This document shows positions 14,338 through 28,399 of a stretch of DNA of 64,000 bases, one piece after another. Origin of the DNA: Octopus vulgaris (Eukaryota); assembly GCA_951406725.2 (NCBI GenBank), contig OX597824.1:13206001-13270000 (forward strand). Reading direction: 5' to 3'. A program made the translations under genes and the position numbers. Every line of letters begins with the position of its first letter. The stretch's first letter is position 1. The notes under the pieces are model-generated. The model ran no database searches, was not told the DNA's origin, and was given only the letters and a program-made list of their open reading frames with translations.

Positions 14338-15169
14338 TGTATTCATACATGAATATACACCAAATCCATTATTCACTCTAAGTCCAACCCAGCGATTGTT
14401 CCAAGTTTAGAGAGTGTATGAAAACGACATAAGTGAGGTTCGAAAGCCACCATAGCTGTTTCGGCAGCATCATATTGAAAGGATTACATCATGGTAGAAA
14501 CCTGCCATTTCATGTAAATTTTAAACACATTTCACTTGTTCTACTATGAGTTTTGATGAATTAGTCACCTCTATTTGTGCCTAAGCTGTTTCCATGTTGG
14601 CGGAGTTTTCGATGATGTAATCGAAGGATGCATCAATAAAATGATGCCAAAACAACAACTGTTGCGAATTTTGAACTCAATTTGTGTTCTTTATATATTT
14701 ATATTTATTTATATATATATGGGAGAGGGGCGTGTGTGTGTGAGTGGGAATGTATGTATATATGTATATATTTATACATAAGTATATATATCTGTATGTT
14801 TATATGTGTAATGTTTGTGTGTCTGTCACCCTCCCTGCTTGTTTTGTTTATGACCGTGTTACTTAACGGTTCGTTAAAAGAGAACTATATATTAAGTGCC
14901 AGAGATTAAAAAACAAAAAAAAAAACAACAAAAAAACCTGGGTCGGTGCCACGACATTGACGCAGCCCAATGACTGAAACAAACGAGACAAAATATTTAA
15001 AAAATAGTAGAATTAATAATAAAACTAATTATGAATTAGGACTTCAAAACGTCCTTCACCGTGGAACGATTGACTAAGAAGAATTTATGGTGTTAAAACA
15101 TGGCTCACAGTAAATATTATTAATGGAAAAATTAAAAAAAAAATAAAAAGGAAAAGAAAAATATTTATA

Positions 15170-16380
15170 AAACCATAAATGAAGCTGTACAGAATTAGAA
15201 ATGCATTTACCAATGTAATAAAAAGCGTTAGCAACTGGATGGTATTCTAAATTGCTAAAGTACTTAATTTCTGGCAGTAATATCTAAAATCTGCTCATAT
15301 CTGTGTAGAAACAGTATTGAATAAGTCACTAGTAACACTAGAATCAATAACCGAATGGTTATTGGAAGGAGAGTAATATTGCTCTTCCATCAGACATTAA
15401 ACTACAAGTACCTTAAAAAAAAGTTCCCGTCGTTAACCTATTTATCAGTAATATATAATATTCTGACAGCTACGTTATGCAGAAAAATAAAACGGAACAC
15501 GATCCATCTATGGGTACGGATTGATAACCACCAGAAAGCTTTCGTCAGTGCGTACTTTTGTACATTTGAGACACTGTAAGTAATCGTAGCAACTCCAATG
15601 ATAAAGATATGAAAAATGAAGATATAACGTTTGTAATAACTTCAAGATATAGGGAAAATAATAAACATCATAAGAAGGATTTATGAAGGAATCTCTTTAT
15701 TCCCATTACTCCACTGCAGCTCAATCCCGCTGCTAATTACTATAAGCCTTATGGATAGACTATAAACTCTTTCCGCTATATGAATGAATTATAACAATGT
15801 AAAAGAGATAAAACCCAGCTGGAGAATCTATAAAACGTTGTGTATCGAGTTAGCTGCGAAATCAAAAGGAATATGAAATCAGAGATATTCCAAAGCTTCT
15901 CTGCGAAGAAGATAATTAATTAAAGTCAGCAGATTAGGTTGGATTTACTCACTGAAATCAGAAGATTTGAAGGAAATCACCCGTATTATACGTATGCAGG
16001 GGTAGCTTAAATCGATAGGATACAATATTAAGCAACGAAGAAATATATCAGAAACATATTACAACGAAGGAGCGTCAGATTTTCACTTGAAGCGACAAAT
16101 TAGAGCGCCTCGCTTTAACAAATGAGCTTTTGCGAAACACACGAGGCATTCTAATATCAAAACTGAATTAAACGTTAGAATATCATAATAAGTATAAATA
16201 TGTTAGAAGCCATGGAAATGAACTGTACCTTCAGTTTAATACACTGGAATTAAATTAGGCTGGAGAGCTTTAGATGGAAAGAAGGCAGAAAAATAATGAG
16301 CTCCGAGCCAACAATGACAGAGGCGACAAAGAAAGTATTTACTTATAACAAACACGAAAAGATAGAAGGCAGTTACAAAT
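15170..16380 (+). pseudogene. ancient degraded R4/Dong-type reverse transcriptase
   Basis: Ordered remnants: ..SNW.., NFWQ, EWLLEG, LTYLSVIYNILTA (~ITCLxxxYKILT), RRIYEGISLFPLL (~RGIFQGDSLSPLL), YMNEL (~YMDDL), YTYAGV (~YKYLG). May continue at ~18340-18600 (LELLVWSYPVLTKAE, resembling the zinc-knuckle region). Confidence 0.55.
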
Positions 16381-16701
16381 AGCAATAAACAGACACGTAT
16401 GCGCGTGCAAGCACAAATACGCGCACACACAAACATACATATACACATATGTATAAATGTATGTATGTATATAATATTTATTATATCTATTATAATATCA
16501 GAGCCTCGAGCTCAGGTTGAGTACTGCACTGAAACTATTCAAATACTCCGATTTTCTACTCTGTAAAGAGCAGAACATATGCATATATAAACACACACAA
16601 ACATACACATCAACACATACACACACACACAAACATATATATATATATATATGTATGCATATATATATGTATATATATAGGCAGAATATGTATATATATA
16701 T

Positions 16702-16883
16702 AGGGAGAGTTTACGAAAAAAACAAAAGACGAAGACAGGTGGTGTACAAAAGAAACAGATGTATTAGTATAACGCTCAGGAATAGAAAAAAGTATTTTAC
16801 GCTTCGAGCCTACGCTCTTCTACAGAAAGGAACACAGAAAGAAACAAGGGGAGAAGAAAATGTGTGTAGTGGCTAACGATAAG
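16702..16883 (-). mobile_element. solo Penelope pLTR with hammerhead-like motif
   Basis: Reverse complement matches 4512-4690; CTGTAGA-A-GAGC-GTAG-GCTC-GAAG-CGTA. Confidence 0.8.
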
Positions 16884-17159
16884 TAATTAAAGAAGGAAAA
16901 TGCACACACTTTATATAGTTTTAATATAATTTTTAATATATTGACCGGTTTCGCTTTCGCTATTCATGATATTAAAATTTATTGATTTAAATAAGTGTCT
17001 TCTTAAGAAAAAAATGTTTGTTTTTGTTCCATGTTGTGTGTGTAATTTATGAATGAATGATTCACTGAGTAGAAAACTAAGGAGAGGTAATTGGTTATCG
17101 TTATTATTGTTATTATTTGGGGAAGGGGAGATAACTGTTCAGCTTTCGGTAAGTGGGTG

Positions 17160-17197
<38 letters not shown>

Positions 17198-18039
17198 AAA
17201 ATTCGAAAACTAGTTTAGTGGGGAGATGTATGCACAGTGATATAATCGTCAATTAAAATATGTAAAGAGAGCTAAGTTGGTTATGCGTGCTTGTTTAGAT
17301 GCGTTCTGTATTTTTCAATGAAAAATATTTCTTTATTTAAACGTTCTTGTAGAGAAATTGTATCTTTGCATAGTAGGACGGGACAATGTGTGTGTGTGTG
17401 TGAGGGGTGTTTGTGTATACATATATATGAAGCATCCAAAAATTCTTACAAGTGGAGGAAATCTGATTTCTATACTTAAGGTAGAAAGGAAGAAAATCCT
17501 CTTGCAATATAAGGGTGCATAAATAAGAGAGAAAGCAAAGCGTAAACTAAAATGCCTGTATAAGGAAAATAAATCGGTTTTGGTAAGAAAACTCCGGAAG
17601 AGTGTAAAGTAAAAACAATACTAGAAATCTGGGTGAAACATCGAGGCACTTTAAAGAAATGAAGAAGGGAAAACCTGAAGGAAACATTTTCGTTGTGATC
17701 AGCATTCTGCAAGAACTGGTTTGCAACTCAATAATGGCTCAAAATCTATAAAGTAAAAAGTTATGCAACATCAATGTTTAGCTTCTGAAGCTGATAAATA
17801 TAGAATTGTAATGCTGAAAGATGATATAGTTAAGATAAATAAATGAATTATACATTTAACGTAAAGAAACAACGTAAATGTTTCGTTTGCAGCTGTTTAC
17901 TCGTTGCTTAGACAAAATGTATGTACAAAGATGACAAGTGGGCAGCTCGACTCATTGGTCTCTACGAAGTGATAACATAAAATAATGAAGTAAAAGAATT
18001 ACACAGCTAACATAAAGAGAAATATTATGGAGTTAGCGT

Positions 18040-18331
18040 GGAGGCGCAATGGCCTAGTGGTTAGGGCAGCGGACTCGCGGTCGTAGGATAGCAGTTTCGA
18101 TTCCCAGAACGGGCGTTGTGAGTGTTATTTGAGCAAAAACACCTCCAGCTCCAGGGGGTGGTGGCGATCTCTGCTGAACTCTTTCGCCACAACTTTCCCT
18201 CACCCTTTCTTCTGTTGGTCTGCTCGCTTAGCCAGCGGGGTGGCGTCATTTGAAGGCTAAAACAATGCGAAGCGCATTGTGACCAACGATGTGTAGCAAC
18301 ATCTGATAGCCTGCTCGGTGATCACGGTGAT
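18040..18331 (+). mobile_element. tRNA-derived SINE, family D (tail type 1)
   Basis: GGCGCAATGGCCTAGTGGTTAGGGCAGCGGACTCGCGG..GTTTCGATTCCC head, shared with 48212 and 31062. Confidence 0.85.
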
Positions 18332-18847
18332 TATGCAAAGAAGTACTGGAACTTCTCGTTTGGTCCTATCCTGTCCTTACTAAGGCTGAATGCATTTACT
18401 GATATGACGTGTAGGTACCTCGATACAGTGGTCAATAACAGATAATTTTCAAACGAAAGCAAAATGCAAAAGATATCCTTGTTACGTATTCGGATCCAAT
18501 ATGTGCTAATGAGCTGGCTACGATATACTTGGACAAAATTTAAGGGAAATCAAGGAAACCACAAAGAACTGCTCAGATAAGGTAGTACAAGCTACCGTAT
18601 TGGGTGGCATATAAACAACTGTTTTCAAGTAGAATGTTTAAAAATAGATCACCCCGAGTCCGAAAAACTAAATCGGCCTCTACTACATGCTTTAACGAAT
18701 TAAAACGTGGTAGTATGAAATTAATAAAAGTTATATAACAATTGCTTCTCTTTGCTTAATAAGAATGATCATGAAGGAAATAAAAACATAATACAAGGAT
18801 CCCTATCTTGACACATTTAAAAATAAATACACTCTGTCATACAAACA

Positions 18848-19185
18848 CTTTTACTCTTTTATTTGTTCCAGTCATTCGACTGTGGCCATGCAGGAGCACC
18901 GCCTTTAGTCGAGCAAATCGACCCCAGGACTTATTCTTTGTAAGCCTAATACTTTTTCTATCGGTACCTTTTGCAGAACCTCTACGTTACGGGGACGTAA
19001 ACACACCAGCATCGGTTGTCAAGCGATGCTGGGGAGACAAACACAGACACACAAACGTATACACACACATATATATATACACATATATAGGACGGGCTTC
19101 TTTCAGTTTCCATCTACCAAATCCACTCGCAAGGCTTTGGTCAGCCCGAGGCTATAGTAGAAGATACTTGCCCAAGGTGCCACGA
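18848..19185 (-). mobile_element. SINE family B, head missing
   Basis: Reverse complement of the family B body and tail. Confidence 0.88.
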
Positions 19186-19186
19186 G

Positions 19187-19605
19187 TGGGAGGTGTGGCT
19201 GTATGTTTAAGCATCCTGCTTTCCAATTATGTGGTCTTGGATTCAGCTCCACCACTCATTACCGTGTTCGTCTTCTACTCTAGCTCTGGGCTGACTAAAG
19301 CTTTGTGCGTGGATTTGGTAGTCGGAACGTGAAAGAAACCCGTTGTATATATTTATACGACGAACCTGTGCGCGTGTGTGCGTGTTTGTGTGGGTGTATG
19401 TGTGTTAGGCTTGTCCAGATTACCGATTGATAACTGGTACTGGCATAGCAGTTCATTAAAAGGGACTGATTGAATAAGTACGAGGCTTCACAAAAAGTGA
19501 AAAATAACGCACTGGCTTTTGATTTGTTCGATTAAACCTTCCAAGCTGGTGCCCCAGTATGGCCACAGTTTAATGACTGAAAGAAGTAAAAGATAAAAGA
19601 TAAAA
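19187..19605 (+). mobile_element. SINE family B, older diverged copy
   Basis: Colinear diverged head, body and tail (GGTGCCCCAGTATGGCCACAGTTTAATGACTGAAA). Confidence 0.8.
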
Positions 19606-19667
19606 CATATATACATACACAAACATATTTGTATATATATAAAGGATTAAAGACAAAACTTATATGC

Positions 19668-19752
<85 letters not shown>

Positions 19753-19760
<8 letters not shown>

Positions 19761-19936
19761 GGAGTTTAGCGCAGGTATAATTCAAATACCCTTACCTCCG
19801 ACACATGTTTCGAAGATATCACTGATTTTATTGTTTTACACCATTTATTCCTTTGGAATAATATCAGTGATATCTTCGAAACATGTGTCGGAAGTAAAAG
19901 TATTTGAATTATACTTACGTTATGCTCCATTTATAC
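19753..19936. mobile_element. fold-back / MITE-like hairpin element
   Basis: 19775-19826 pairs with 19863-19914, with a weaker extension outward; flanked by (TG)n and (TA)n. Confidence 0.7.
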
Positions 19937-20116
19937 ATATATATATATATGTATATATATATATATTATACAAAAAAAATCCACGTAACTCCGAAGTTTC
20001 TACCTTTAAAAAACAAGGAGTTACAACCTCTTTCTTTGTGTGATTTTTTTTGCTACCCTGGTAACTATTTATCTATTTTTTCTGTGTTAATTGTTAACAA
20101 AGGAAAAATACACTCA

Positions 20117-20182
<66 letters not shown>

Positions 20183-20864
20183 TATATATATAATTTCTAT
20201 ATATATATACACATCTGTACTTGTAAATGTATGTATACATATGGATCATACATACACACATATATACATACATGTGTGTGTGTGTGTGCTTTGCCCTAGA
20301 GGCTCCTGGCGTGTAGCTTGAAATAAACGTGCTGTGCCTTTATAGTTTTCAATGTAGATTAGTGGAATTGTTAAATAATTTAGATAAAAGCTGTACGTAG
20401 ATGTGTGTTTGTATGACTAGGTGTTATGATTGAAAACTTATCTTTAGAAAATTGCAAATAAATTTAAACATTTGGCAGGTGTATCAGTGTGAATATTTTT
20501 CAAGGGGGGCGAGAAAAAGTGGGGTGGAGAACTTTTGAAAAGGAAGTGGTTTGTGATAAGATTGGAAAGGAAAAAAAAAGTAAAAGTGAAAATTGAATGA
20601 AAGAATGACATGAAATAAAGAATATGGAATTTCCGTGTTTAATTACTTCAAAAGATAAATGATGAAGATTTATAGACAGAATTGAATTTATGTGTGTGAA
20701 GATTTGACATAGTATATAAATTGAAATCACAAGCACATACACACACATATACATACATATATATATACATATGTATACATGCATACATACATACATACAT
20801 ACATACATACATACATACTATATACATATACACATATATATATACATATACATATATGTATATG

Positions 20865-20923
<59 letters not shown>

Positions 20924-20962
20924 CACATACATATAACCATATAACCATATGCATATATTCGA

Positions 20963-21170
20963 GGTGAGATGGCTGAATCATTCGCACTGAGACAAAATGC
21001 TTATCGGTATTTCTTCCTGTTCTTTACATTCTGGGTTCTAATTCCGTCGAGGCTATATTTGCCTTACATAGATACGGGATCGATAAAATAAAGTACCGCT
21101 CAAGTTCAACGTCATCCATCTTCCCCCACGCCCCACACGCACACTTCAAAATTGTTGGCGTTGAGCCCTG
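20963..21170 (+). mobile_element. degenerate family A SINE
   Basis: TGGCTGAATCATT..AAATGCTTA.CGGTATTTC..GGTTCTAATTCC..GATCGATAAAATAAAGTACC. Confidence 0.65.
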
Positions 21171-21607
21171 CAACCGACCGGTGTCTACCGTTCTGGAGGA
21201 ATGTTGTGATCGCAGTCACTTATACGCCATAGAAACACGGTAACCAGATCTGTGAGACCTTGCAATCAAGGAAAAATAGCGTACGAGTGTAGGCTCTATC
21301 CATCATTCAACACGCAATTATCTATACTATAAGTATGGCTGATAGCCATACTTATTGTTAATCTTTTACAGAAGCATTTCCCTCCAGTACACAAATAGGA
21401 TAAAACTTTAAAACTAAAAATACGTTACGCTATCATACCCTACAACCAACAATTTTCTACGTATACTAGTTATTAATAAACACCCAAACGTTCAACCTTA
21501 TGAGCACCTACACTTTCCCACAAGCACGAAATTGCTCAGGATTGCCCACACTAATTCCATTAACACATCTGCTATTTAATGCGCTTCACAATAAATATTG
21601 CTAGTAT

Positions 21608-21975
21608 ACTCTTTTACTCTTTTACTTGTTTCAGTCATTTGACTGCGGCCATGCTGGAGCATCAACTTTAGTCGAGCAAATCGACCCCGGGACTTATTCT
21701 TTGTAAGCTCAGTACTTATTCTATCGGTCTCTTTTGCCGAACCGCTAAGTGACGGGGACGTAAACACACCAGCATCGGTTATCAAGCAATGCTAGGGGGA
21801 CAAACGTCCCCGTCAGGCTTCTTTCAGTTTCCGTCTACCAAATCCACTCACAAGGCTTTGGTCGGCCCAGGGCTATAGCAGAAGACACTTGCCCAAGATG
21901 CCACGCAGTGGGACTGAACCCGGTACCATGTGGTTGGTAAGCAAGCTACTTACGACACATCCAATCCTGCGCCTA
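21608..21975 (-). mobile_element. SINE family B
   Basis: Full head-to-tail homology. Confidence 0.9.
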
Positions 21976-22565
21976 TTATATTTACTTATCTACGATCGCA
22001 ATATTAAAATATCCCATTGTATCAAATTACGTCTCGCCAGGAGCAACAGGCTTTATAACATGAACAGTTCTATACTTTTCTCCGTGAAACCGTACTCCAG
22101 CAACGAAAAATAATCTCGTGATCTACGTACCTCTGTATCTCTTCAAGCCATTCTCTTTAACCTATATCGGCACAGTAAACACTCTAAATTAATGCCTAAA
22201 TGTAAGCATAACATTTTCGGAACACTTAGACATTTCAAACACTTTCTTTACCACAATAAAATCCTTATACCTCACAGTGGGCATATAATGGAGAATATCA
22301 GCCATTTTCCTTGTAGCACACACACATATCAACCCGACAACAACGTACATATATCACCTTTAATCAGTGTTTTGATGGATAACGTATACATTGAATTTCC
22401 GATAAAACACGTATGTATCAACATATTTATTCGTGTGAAAAAGCGGACATGAGTACTTTTCAAATATGCTTTTAGCCGTGAGGCTCTACAAATATCATAT
22501 CAATACTCACTCTCTCTCTCTCTCTCTCACCTCCTTTCTTTCTCTGTTTTACATCTCCTCCCTTC

Positions 22566-22613
<48 letters not shown>

Positions 22614-22754
22614 ATATATATATGTGTGTGTGTGTGTGTGCGTGTGTGTATATAGTCATACTGGTGGCGTATCAATTACTTTACATAAACTAAATCTATT
22701 TAAATAAAACCCAATCACCCATCTTTCCATGCTCTTAAATACACAAACTCCATT

Positions 22755-22811
22755 TTCTCTCTTTCTCTCTTTCTTTCTCTCTCTCTCACTCTTTCTCTCT
22801 TTCTCTCTTTT

Positions 22812-22842
<31 letters not shown>

Positions 22843-22883
22843 TTCTCTCTCTTTCTTTCTCTCTCTCTCTTTCTTTCTTTCTT

Positions 22884-22918
<35 letters not shown>

Positions 22919-23012
22919 CTCTCTCTCTCCCTTTCTCTCTCTCTCTTTCTTTCTTTCTCTCTCTCTCTCTCTCTCCCCCTTTCTCTCTTTCTTTCTTTCT
23001 CTCTCTCTCTCC

Positions 23013-23072
<60 letters not shown>

Positions 23073-23190
23073 CTCTCTCTTGCTATCTCTCTCTCTCCCT
23101 CTTTCTTTCTTTCTTTCTTTCTTCCTTCCTTTCTTCCTTTCATTTCTTCTTCCTTTCTTTCCATTGTTCTGTTCTCTTTTCGTTTCTTTT
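22755..23190. repeat. (CT)/(CTTT) polypyrimidine tract
   Basis: Direct low-complexity repeat. Confidence 0.95.
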
Positions 23191-23494
23191 TCTATACTCA
23201 TCTCTTTTTGCAACAACTCTGTCCTTTTCCCCCGCCACCCTCTAAACACTTAACACCAACATAACTAAAGAACCCATTTACACGCATATGCACACACACA
23301 CACACATAAGCACTGACTCTCATGTTTTTAAACAGAAATTTAAAACCGACACATGCACATACACACGCATGCTCTCACACACATCTCTCACACGCGCAAA
23401 CACGCACGTATTTGCTACATATATGTTCAACGCATAAATAAACTTTCCTCTTTACCTCCTCGTTGCACTTATTTTTTCGTTTTTGTTATGTCCC

Positions 23495-23544
<50 letters not shown>

Positions 23545-23549
<5 letters not shown>

Positions 23550-23722
23550 TCGAAAAATACCTTAGGAATGAGAACCCAGGTTCGAAATTTTCCCAAGACA
23601 CCTTGATGAAGGCTGGAGGGTATATCAGCTGAAGCGTTGTGCTAAGAACAAACAAGATGAGGAGAAATATCCGTCAAATGTAAGTAATGTACATAATTCC
23701 TCATCTCTTAGATATAGAACTC
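23545..23722 (+). mobile_element. solo terminal repeat of another probable Penelope-like family, with degenerate hammerhead motif
   Basis: ACAC-CTTGATGA-A-GGCTG..CAGCT-GAAG-CGTT-GTGC at 23598-23642 has the same layout as the PLE minimal hammerheads; sits between microsatellites. Confidence 0.55.
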
Positions 23723-23728
23723 TCTCTC

Positions 23729-23866
<138 letters not shown>

Positions 23867-24294
23867 GTGTGTGTGTGATAAATGAAACGTTCATATCAAT
23901 ATTTGATGAGACAGACGTGTCTTATTCGTGCACGAAACATTCAATCACATGGAAAGTAAGTCAAGCTGTTATTAAAATTATATGCAACTCCTATAAATGT
24001 CCTTTTCCCACTCACTCTCACGTGTGTGTGCGTGTGGGTGCGAGCGCCAGTGTGTATATGTTAGTACGTGTGGTGAGTATGAATGCAGATTATTACTGTA
24101 GAATATAACCTCCGTTGATGCTTATTACCATATTTTTAGAGATTAATTGGGTTTCAAATTCATGGACATTAGTAGAGTGCATGACTAAAAGACAAAGGCT
24201 TCCCCCACCAAAATAATGATAAAAAACACCCCCAAAATACAGCGGATGGCAGTCCCATCTTATGATGCTTGTGCTATAGGTACTATGGGAATAA

Positions 24295-24715
24295 ATATTG
24301 GTTTCAAATCTTGGAACAAGACCAAAAATTTCATGGGAGGGGTTAAGTCAACTGATACTTTTTTATCGATGTCGAAAAGGACGAAAGGCAAAGTCAGTCT
24401 CGACAGAATTCAAACTCAGAACGTAAAGACGGACGAAATGGCACTAAGCATTTTGCCCGGGGCGGCAACGATTCTGCCAGCTCACCGCCTTCCTCTCCGA
24501 ATAGATACTGCATTTAAGTTTTGGCACAAGGCCAGCAGTTTCGGCGGAGGGGTTAAATCGATTACATCGACCCCCTCAATGTTCAGCTGGTACTGAAAAG
24601 ATAAAAGGCAAAGTCGATCCCGGTGGTATCTGAACTCAGAATGTAAAGACCAACAAAGTGCCGCAAAGCATTTATACGTGACGTGCTGACGTTCCCGCCA
24701 GCGTGCCGCCTCCTC
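24295..24715 (-). mobile_element. two tandem family A SINE copies
   Basis: Each has AAAGGCAAAGTC, AACTCAGAA.GTAAAGAC, a GCCAG..CCGCC head and a TTGG..CAAG.CCA tail variant. Confidence 0.85.
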
Positions 24716-25392
24716 TCCAAATTGATATTAAGAAGCAAAACTAAATCGAGGTGAATGAACAAACGTTGTCTCAGATTTCAAACTCATTCACAAAATAAGA
24801 ACGTTGCAAAGAAAAAAAAATAAAGAAAGTGAGAAAGATAAGAAATGTCGAAACAATGAAATATGACATGAATCATGTGAAATATATTAAAATATGAGCT
24901 TTTTAAAATGACAGAAAAGCATCGATTAGTAAATAAGAAGAATCGGAGAAACATTTTATAGATAATATATTTAGGCAAGTCGTGGAGAAAAATATCAAAT
25001 CTGTGACTAAGTGAAGTAGAATTCTCGTGATCTATTATAATTACCACAAGCTACGGCTGATATAGTCTTGGTTTTCTGTCTCTCTCTCTCTCTTTCCGTC
25101 TCTTTCCCTCTTTCGCTTTGTTCCTCGTTCTCCGCTTTTCTTTCATACATAGATATGTACACATACATACGTACATATATACATTCACAAATAATGCTAG
25201 AGATATTGATATATATTGTAGCCATAAATATATATAGTTACCTAGATAGCAAGCTAGGTATCCTTCTAAATATCGGTCACACAGATATACACACTAACAC
25301 ATAAATATATATACATATATCACAAATGTATGGACCAATTACATGTCAAAATTTGAACATAATACTATAAGCTGGAGAAATACTAGCTTGTC

Positions 25393-25507
<115 letters not shown>

Positions 25508-25508
25508 T

Positions 25509-25539
<31 letters not shown>

Positions 25540-26217
25540 ATATATATATATACAGATGCACAAACTCGCATTAACACACAGTTATAAATATATATTTACA
25601 CAAACGTACATTTATATTCAGAAAGACACAGATATATTTTCTTATAAATTTAACTGCAAACGTTGTCACACTTATATTTGCATACGAACACTTATATATG
25701 CAAATCATCTTAAGCGTAGAAAGGCAGAAACTATAAAAATGTTGTAATTGCTAAATATACAGATAAACCAGTATATATATCTAAAATAAGTTTCTCCTTA
25801 TTTGGTCAACGACATAAATAATTACAGAACATATTTCATCTAACCAATCATCCCCTCATAGCTATCTCCTTATTCCTCCTCCTCCCCTCCCTCCTCCTCC
25901 TCCTCCTCTTCTCTTAAAGATCTATATTTCAATTTGACATAATTCGAACGCCATCGAAGTGTGATATTTAAATATAAACTTTCCTAAGATTTTCGAAATA
26001 TTTTAGTTTCTTTGTGTGTGTATGTGTGTGTGTGTTTGTATGTGTGTGTGTTTGTGTGTGTGGGTGTTTGTTTGTTTTACTTTTCTTTACCATAAAGGTC
26101 ATAAGAGTTCCCATCTTAACCGTCGTCGTCATCATCATCATCATCAAATTAGCTGTCATATCTGTCATCGTCATCGTCGTCGTTTTTCTGATGCTTTCAA
26201 ATTATATATGTGTCATT

Positions 26218-27011
26218 ATTCAGTTTATTTCAAGATTTCATGCCAATAGGGGAAGGATCTGTTTCTAACCTAGATCCACGTCTTCTTCACTGGAGTTTCA
26301 ACATCAACAACAGGGCATGTATGCATCTATGTATGTATATATGTATGTATGTATGTATATATGTATGTATGTATGTAGATTGTATGTATGTATGTATGTA
26401 TGTATGTATGTATGTATGTATGTATGTATGTATGTATTTATGTATGTATGTATGTATGTATTATGTATTTATGTATGTATGTATGTATGTATTTATGTAT
26501 GTATGTATGTATGTATGTATGTATTTATGTATGTATGTATGTATGTATGTATGTATGTATGTATTTATGTATGTATGTATGTATGTATGTATGTATGTAT
26601 GTATGTATGTATGTATGTATGTATGTATGTATGTATGTATGTATGTATGTATTGTATGTATGTATTTATGTATGTATGTATGTATGTATGTATGTATGTA
26701 TGTATGTATGTATGTATGTATGTACGTATGCATGTATGTGCAGAATTGTATGTTTTATGTATGTATTCTCATGCATATAGTTGCATATCTAGACATGCTC
26801 ATATATATATTTTAATGATAAGCTTCTGGAAAGTTTTACAGATTTTTACAGTTCCAGTGATGGATTGGATCTGTAGTCTTTGAATTAGCTTTCTTCTACC
26901 TGTTTTGAGAAGCCTAATTTCTCAAGATTAGTATTTAGGCAGTATGTTACACATCCCAGGGCTCTTATAATTACTGTATAAACTTGAACTTGTAATCTGG
27001 ATAGAGTAACT
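26218..27011 (-). mobile_element. 3' end of a second RLE-type non-LTR retroposon family, with expanded internal (TACA)n
   Basis: Minus strand QLLYPDYKFKFI / VIIRALGCVTYCLNTNLEKLGFS..LQIQSITGTVKICKTFQK, an IGALG-type RLE C-terminus; second copy at 60387-60750. Confidence 0.75.
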
Positions 27012-27012
27012 G

Positions 27013-27851
27013 CATGTCGCTCTTGAAACGCCTGTCTGTGTTCGGATTGTCCTTGCACAGAGGCCATCCGGACTGCCGTTTGCGCCCTGAACAAGGATTA
27101 ATCTTCTCTCTTCGCTCCTTTGCGTCACATGGGCTCAACTCTCCTCCCCTCTTCATCTAACCTCCTCCCTTCTCCTCTCTCCTCCTCACACTTACTTCCT
27201 CCCATCCACCTCTCCTCTCTTGCGCCGACTCGTACTTCTCTTCACTCCTACTCTCCTTCTCTTTTCTCTTCACTCCTACCCACCTTCTCCCTTCCCCTTC
27301 ATCGTCACCCCTCCCTTGTAACCGAACTCCACCACTACACAATCCAACCTCCCTTCCCTATCCATCCCATCACGCCCCTCCCTTACACCCACTGCCACAT
27401 ACTCCACCTCTACCCCATCCTCAGCCTACCCACATACCCCACATCTACCTCCACCCTCAGCCTACCCACATACCTCACCTCTACCCCCACCCCACCCTTG
27501 TTTTCCCCATTCTCGCCTCCCCTGCATCCAAACACCATCACACTCCACCCCACACCACTACACCATACAAAACCATACCACACATCACCACATCACATCA
27601 CACCACCACGCACACACTACCACTCACCACTTCCCAGCCCCACATCCACACACCTACACATGCACACACGCACACGTCAAGGTCACCTGCCCTCATCCAC
27701 ACATTCTTTATTTTCTCTCCCTGTTTCTTTCTACGTTCCTTTCTATGGAAGAGCGTAGGCTCAAAACGTTAGATATTTTTCACTTCTGGAGCTTTAAACT
27801 AATACATCTGTTTGTTGTCTATATCACCTGTCTTCTTTTTTTGTGAATTCT

Positions 27852-27855
<4 letters not shown>
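27013..27855 (+). mobile_element. 5'-truncated, degraded Penelope-like element (same group as 37.7 kb)
   Basis: 27013-27150 aligns with 38697-38830 (LSVFGLSLHRGHPD..); C-rich tract; pLTR with decayed hammerhead at 27738-27775. Confidence 0.85.
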
Positions 27856-27911
<56 letters not shown>

Positions 27912-28399
27912 ATACCTTCATCAACATATATTCGTACAGATATACATACATACACACAGACACACATGCTTAATACATGCGTACTTACATACATACAAAT
28001 ACGCGTAGACAGGTAGTGAGAAAGCGTGAGGGAGAGGGGAGGAAAAGAAATAATGACTTTGGGTCTAGAAAATTCCTTAACTGAGAACAAAGTAGAATAA
28101 TTAGCATAAAAGAGACAATAAAACAAACTCGAGGCTACGAACAAAGAAATAAAAGCATAAAAACATTTTCACTTTAGCATAACTGGAAATGAAAATAAAA
28201 TCCGCAAATCTAAACCAAACAAGACAGAATAGAGAAGCAAATCTCTCCATGGGCAGTACCCCTGGAGACAAGACAGAGAAGTGAACTAAGTGAAGTGAGC
28301 CGACAGTAGTGAAAAAGATCTTGACTGAAGGCAGAAAAGAGCACGCCTGATTTTAGTTGCACTGGATCAATACCATGTCATTAAGAACTACAAAGTAAA

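Noticed and set aside
18040-18115. tRNA genes at the heads of the 18040, 44267, 48212 and 9246 repeats
   Set aside because: A and B boxes are present but no complete cloverleaf with acceptor stem was seen, and each continues into a SINE body.
18808-19332. 174 aa ORF and similar ORFs at 2616, 9446, 24216 and 48443
   Set aside because: Chance frames running through SINE copies.
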